Positions 33,841 through 37,701 of a stretch of DNA of 37,701 nt are shown here, piece after piece (position 1 is the first letter of the stretch; each line of letters begins with the position of its first letter). Position numbers and translations under genes: made by a program. The stretch is from Rhizaria sp. SCN 62-66 (Eukaryota). The DNA is taken from assembly GCA_001724265.1 (NCBI GenBank), contig MEDY01000065.1, forward strand, positions 62,001 through 99,701, written 5' to 3'. Below the pieces are notes generated by a model. That model worked only from the letters and a program-made list of their open reading frames with translations, did not search any database and was not told the DNA's origin.

Positions 33841-35507
33841 TCACTCAGCATCAACTTCGCTCTCATCCGGCAGACACTTGGTCCACATGGCGCGCATATC
33901 CTCGGCGTATACCTCGGGCATGGTCTCGACCACGCGCAGGTCGTAATGCAGCTCGGTGGGGCCGCAGTCGTTGGTGTAGATCGCCGACGGGAAGGAGCGC
34001 GTCCACATCTTAAACACCACGGTCTGCGCCGCAACAGCGCTCGCGGGGATGCCCGTCGCGGAGTCAATGCGGGAGTCTGCGCTCGCCTCAGCGCCAGTGT
34101 GCGCGTTGGCGATGACGGGGGCGGAGAAGGTAGCCATGTTGAAGGCGCCGATGCCCATCTCGTGGTACATGCGCACTGCAGTCACGATGGCGCGGGACAC
34201 GGACCGCAGCAGCGCGGGGGAGTCGCCCAGCTGCACCAGCGACGACACGCCCTATAGGTACAGTGTCAGGACACAAATGAGATCAAACGTAAGACAACAA
34301 TCAGTGAGTTGAATAGAATTGGGTTGCGCTAATTTTGATGTAAAACATGATGTTGTTTGCAAAGGTTATCGCAAATAAAGCCTAATGCTATGATAGGCAA
34401 TGTGGGATTGACGCGTCGATAGAGATTATAGAGTCGCAACACGAATGTGGTGACATTAAACGTAAAGGCATTTAAACGTACCGGGACGCAAATATGGAGC
34501 TCACGGTTGGTGCGGGGCGCAAAGGGCGCGATGACAACAACGCCATCGACCTCGCCGACAAAGCGACTGCGCTCAGGCCACGACACTGCAGTCGCGGCGG
34601 AGTCAGTCTTGGTCTCGTTCGCTGCGAGTACGGCGGCGGCAGCGTTGGCGGCAAGCAGCGCGCGCTCACGCGTAATCAGCGCATCGTGGTACGTCGTTAG
34701 AGCAGCAGTCCCAGCAGCGCTGGTGTTGCCAGAAGAGCTCCCGTGCTTCTGAGCCCAGCGCGCGGTGGCGGCCATGAGGGCGGCGGCGGCGGGGGGCGCC
34801 GTGGTCTCGCAAAAGCACTGCATGTGCGGGTGAATAATCGACCCGGCGGAGGACGGCATGTAGTTCCACACGATTGACGGCCACCAAAAGAGCTCCGGGG
34901 CCGGGGGCGCGCGGTCCGCGTCGGGCGACGACGGCGGCGCGCCGGGGGCCGTGCAGAGGCGCAGGAACTCGCAGCTGACGGCGAGCGTGTCGTAGATCTG
35001 CGTGGGCGTGATGTCGGGCATGGAGACGTAGTAGGACTCGGAGGACGTGATCACGCCGTGGTTCTCCGTGAACGGGAACTTGTTGAGGAAAAGCACAGCC
35101 TCGCGGCGCTGCAGCACGCGGCGGTGTGTCTCCATGCGCAGAGCGGGGCGCACCAGGGCCAGGAAGTCGTCCGCCAAAGGCTCAATCATCTTGTACAGCT
35201 TCTCAGGCGGATAGAACGGGTCGCGGTCCTTGAACGAGTGAACCATGTCTGCCAGGTCGTGCGGTAAGTGCGCCGTCGACGACGGAGGCTTCACGCCCGG
35301 GATCGTCACCGCGGACGGGGACGCCGCGCCCGAGGCGGCACCGACGACGGAGGCCTTGGGGCGCACGGAGCGCATCGGGTTAATGCGCGCATGGTCGCCG
35401 ACAAGGTGGTCAAAGCGGTACTGAACACCGACCTTGATCTCGACCTTCATCGGGATGCTGTCGCAGCTTGTCGACGTCGTAGTCGAGGAGCAGTCAGCAA
35501 AAGACAT
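33841..35507 (-). CDS. GalT-like (HIT superfamily) nucleotidyltransferase, prokaryote-type, 478 aa; exons 35507-34482, 34251-33841
   Basis: Catalytic-type motif WNYMPSSAGSIIHPHMQ (HxHxQ), NKFPF..NHGV, IAPFAPR, and C-terminal VVETMPEVYAEDMR. Phase-0 intron 34481-34252 (GTACGT...TATAG). Substrate unknown. Confidence 0.75.
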
Positions 35508-35947
35508 AACTGCCTGCTCCGAGTTGAAGTTTTTACAAAATATGAATTAAAAAAAGAGTATGAAACTAAGTTATATCCGCATTGCTAGAACAACAAGTCT
35601 ATTGACGATCATTTGATAGTGTACGGCTTCGTCAAAATAGGAGAACCATTTGCTTTTTCTTGCTGTCTGGGCGCGCAGCTCAACATGAAAAAAAGAAGAG
35701 CGTTTCATTGCATATCGCGGCCTTAGCAGGAGCACTTGCTGATAAAAAGTAGGATATATGTATAAAACAATAAGATAAACGACGAATCGCCAAAAATGAA
35801 AGTCACAGATACAAATTACCCTGGCTATAGCTCACAAACGCTAGTGAGCAAAGCAATGAAGCCCTCGGCCTCCCAACTCTCTTACGATCTGTACAAACTT
35901 CAGCTTTTGGAAGTGGCATGTGGTCTACTTGCGGCGCGCTGACGCAC

Positions 35948-36655
35948 TCAGAAGGAGCGCTGCGCGCCGAGGCCGATAAGGGAGAAGAACTCTGCGCGGG
36001 TCTTTGAACCGGACTGGAAGAGGCCGAGCACAGAGGACGTGACGGTGTTGGAGCCGGGCTTCTCGACGCCACGCATGACCATGCACATGTGCGTGGCCTC
36101 GATAACCACGGCCACGCCTTCGGGCTCCAGCACCTCCATGATGGCATGCGCGATCTGCTTCGTCAGGCGCTCCTGCACCTGCAGGCGGCGCGAGTACATC
36201 TCGACGATGCGAGCGAACTTGGACAGGCCCAGGACCTTGCCGCGCGGGATGTAGCCGATGTGCACCTTGCCCATGAACGGCACCATGTGATGCTCGCACA
36301 TGGAGAAGAAGTTGATGTCGCGCAGCACGACCATCTCGTTGCAGTCCTCGTCGAAGATGGCCTCGTTGACCAGGTCCTTAAGACTCGACTCGTAGCCCTT
36401 GGTGAAGAACGCAAGGGCCTTGGCGGCACGCATCGGCGTCTTAACGATGCCCGAGCGCTCGGTGTCTTCGCCAAGGTTCTCCAGGATGCTCTCATAGGCC
36501 GTCGCCATGGCCTGGAGCTTGGGCTCAGACTCGGGGTTGGACATGTCGAAGGGAGCCCGCTTGCTCTCGTCCAGCAGCAAAGACTTCTCATCGGCCGAGA
36601 GGGTCTTCTTGACCGGGCGAAGGGAAGGGGAGTCAACCTCAACGTAGTCAGACAT
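35948..36655 (-). CDS. GCH1: GTP cyclohydrolase I, 235 aa, single coding exon
   Basis: [45 protein letters not shown] motifs. ATG at 36655. Confidence 0.97.
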   Translation of the reverse strand: MSDYVEVDSPSLRPVKKTLSADEKSLLLDESKRAPFDMSNPESEPKLQAMATAYESILENLGEDTERSGIVKTPMRAAKALAFFTKGYESSLKDLVNEAIFDEDCNEMVVLRDINFFSMCEHHMVPFMGKVHIGYIPRGKVLGLSKFARIVEMYSRRLQVQERLTKQIAHAIMEVLEPEGVAVVIEATHMCMVMRGVEKPGSNTVTSSVLGLFQSGSKTRAEFFSLIGLGAQRSF

Positions 36656-37577
36656 AGGGCGGAAAGAGCGAAAGCTGAAACGGGCGCGTGGGAGAGTGAC
36701 CGAGCGACATAGAGCGGGAGAGCAGAGGAGTAAGAGACAGGGGCCGCAAGGGTCGGGGGAAGAAGATATGGGATTAGACTCGGTATGTGAAATAACATGA
36801 ACAAAATCAGCACGATTTTGTAAAATAAACATAATATTTAATTTGATTATTGCAGAGATTTGTCTTAAAAATGTTTCTATAACAACGAAACTCGCGCTTA
36901 AAGTGAACGCAACGACTCTCGCCGGACATTGCATCGCGCCAATGTTTCACCTCGTACACAGCTTTACACTGTGCACACATAGACAATTTAAATTAAAATT
37001 CTACTATGAAAACTGAAGACATAATTAAATACAACAGGTTATCGCTGTTTACGATGCAGATACGCAGTTTTCATACTTTATGGAATGCATGCAAAATTTC
37101 ACCCTCCCACACCCGTCGCCGTGCTGCGGCACGTCGACGCCGCGCGTCGTCACTTGCGCTTTTGTTCTAACCGAGCGTTTTCGCACGGATATGCGGGCTG
37201 TGGAAGTACAGATGCTTGAGGATAGTAAAGAACAAGTGTGAATACAAAGCGTGAGAGCGGTTTGGAACTCACATTGGGAAATATTGTGACCATTCAGAGA
37301 TAAAAGGTGTTGTCACATTAGGGGAGGGGCAAGTTTTAAGAGGATACATGTAGACAAAAACGAGAGATGAATAAAGTTGTTGTCAAAAAATTTGACTGTA
37401 TTATTTTGTTCCAAAGCATTTAAGGGCAACCCATTTCCAGCTCCCATGTACCCACTTGGGTAGGTAATGGTTTAACGCTAGGAGTTGTGCATCGTTGACT
37501 TTCCCTCTCGGTGAATGAAGAGCGCGGGGAAAGCCTAGAGGACGCAAAAGGTGTCACTGTGACGTGCAACCTTAGAC

Positions 37578-37701
37578 TTAGACGCCGAAGAGCTTCTGGG
37601 CAGGGCCCATGGTGGACTTGATGTACACGCGCTTGACCTGCTGCCAGTTCTTGGGGAGGAGGGAGACGAAGTAGTTGATGGCGAGGACGACGTTGGCAAT
37701 G
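37578..37701 (-). CDS. RPL10A: 60S ribosomal protein uL1 (L10a), 3' end only
   Basis: Hand translation [40 protein letters not shown] matches the uL1 C-terminus (VSLL.KNWQ...YIKSTMG). Not in the ORF track. Confidence 0.93.
   Translation of the reverse strand, partial: IANVVLAINYFVSLLPKNWQQVKRVYIKSTMGPAQKLFGV

Noticed and set aside
36656..36934. N-terminal extension of GCH1 in the 328-aa ORF call (similar extensions on the fumarase and PRIM2 ORFs)
   Set aside because: AT-rich or polypyrimidine sequence typical of intron/UTR. Coding-like composition begins at the ATG at 36655.

Overview
Gene-dense eukaryotic (protist-like) nuclear DNA with GC-rich exons, AT-rich spacers of 270-970 bp and spliceosomal GT-AG introns of 108-217 nt. 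The lineage cannot be assigned from the sequence alone. Twelve protein-coding genes are supported, 11 of them on the minus strand. In order: a >2188-aa type I membrane protein with IPT/TIG-like repeats (runs off the left edge, absent from the ORF track), a 1889-aa TPX2-like protein, cytosolic-type malate dehydrogenase with an N-terminal extension, KATNAL2-type katanin, NOSIP (the only plus-strand gene), a greatly expanded MnmA/TRMU, class I (Fe-S) fumarase, primase large subunit, Arp5, a prokaryote-type GalT/HIT nucleotidyltransferase, GTP cyclohydrolase I, and the 3' end of ribosomal protein uL1/L10a. All spliced models were built by hand and keep frame. Most worth follow-up: (i) an intergenic ~80-nt three-hairpin, tRNA-like RNA candidate followed by a T7 run at 15367-15457; (ii) a strong GTACG (+4C) 5' splice-site consensus; (iii) co-oriented genes with acceptor-like YAG sites just upstream of the ATG (5' UTR introns or SL trans-splicing); (iv) structure and an intron-like segment downstream of the uL1 stop; (v) massive Ala/Ser/Asn inflation of some proteins but not of the metabolic enzymes. 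No CRISPR array, rRNA, canonical tRNA or mobile element was recognised. Family assignments come from recalled motifs, not database searches.
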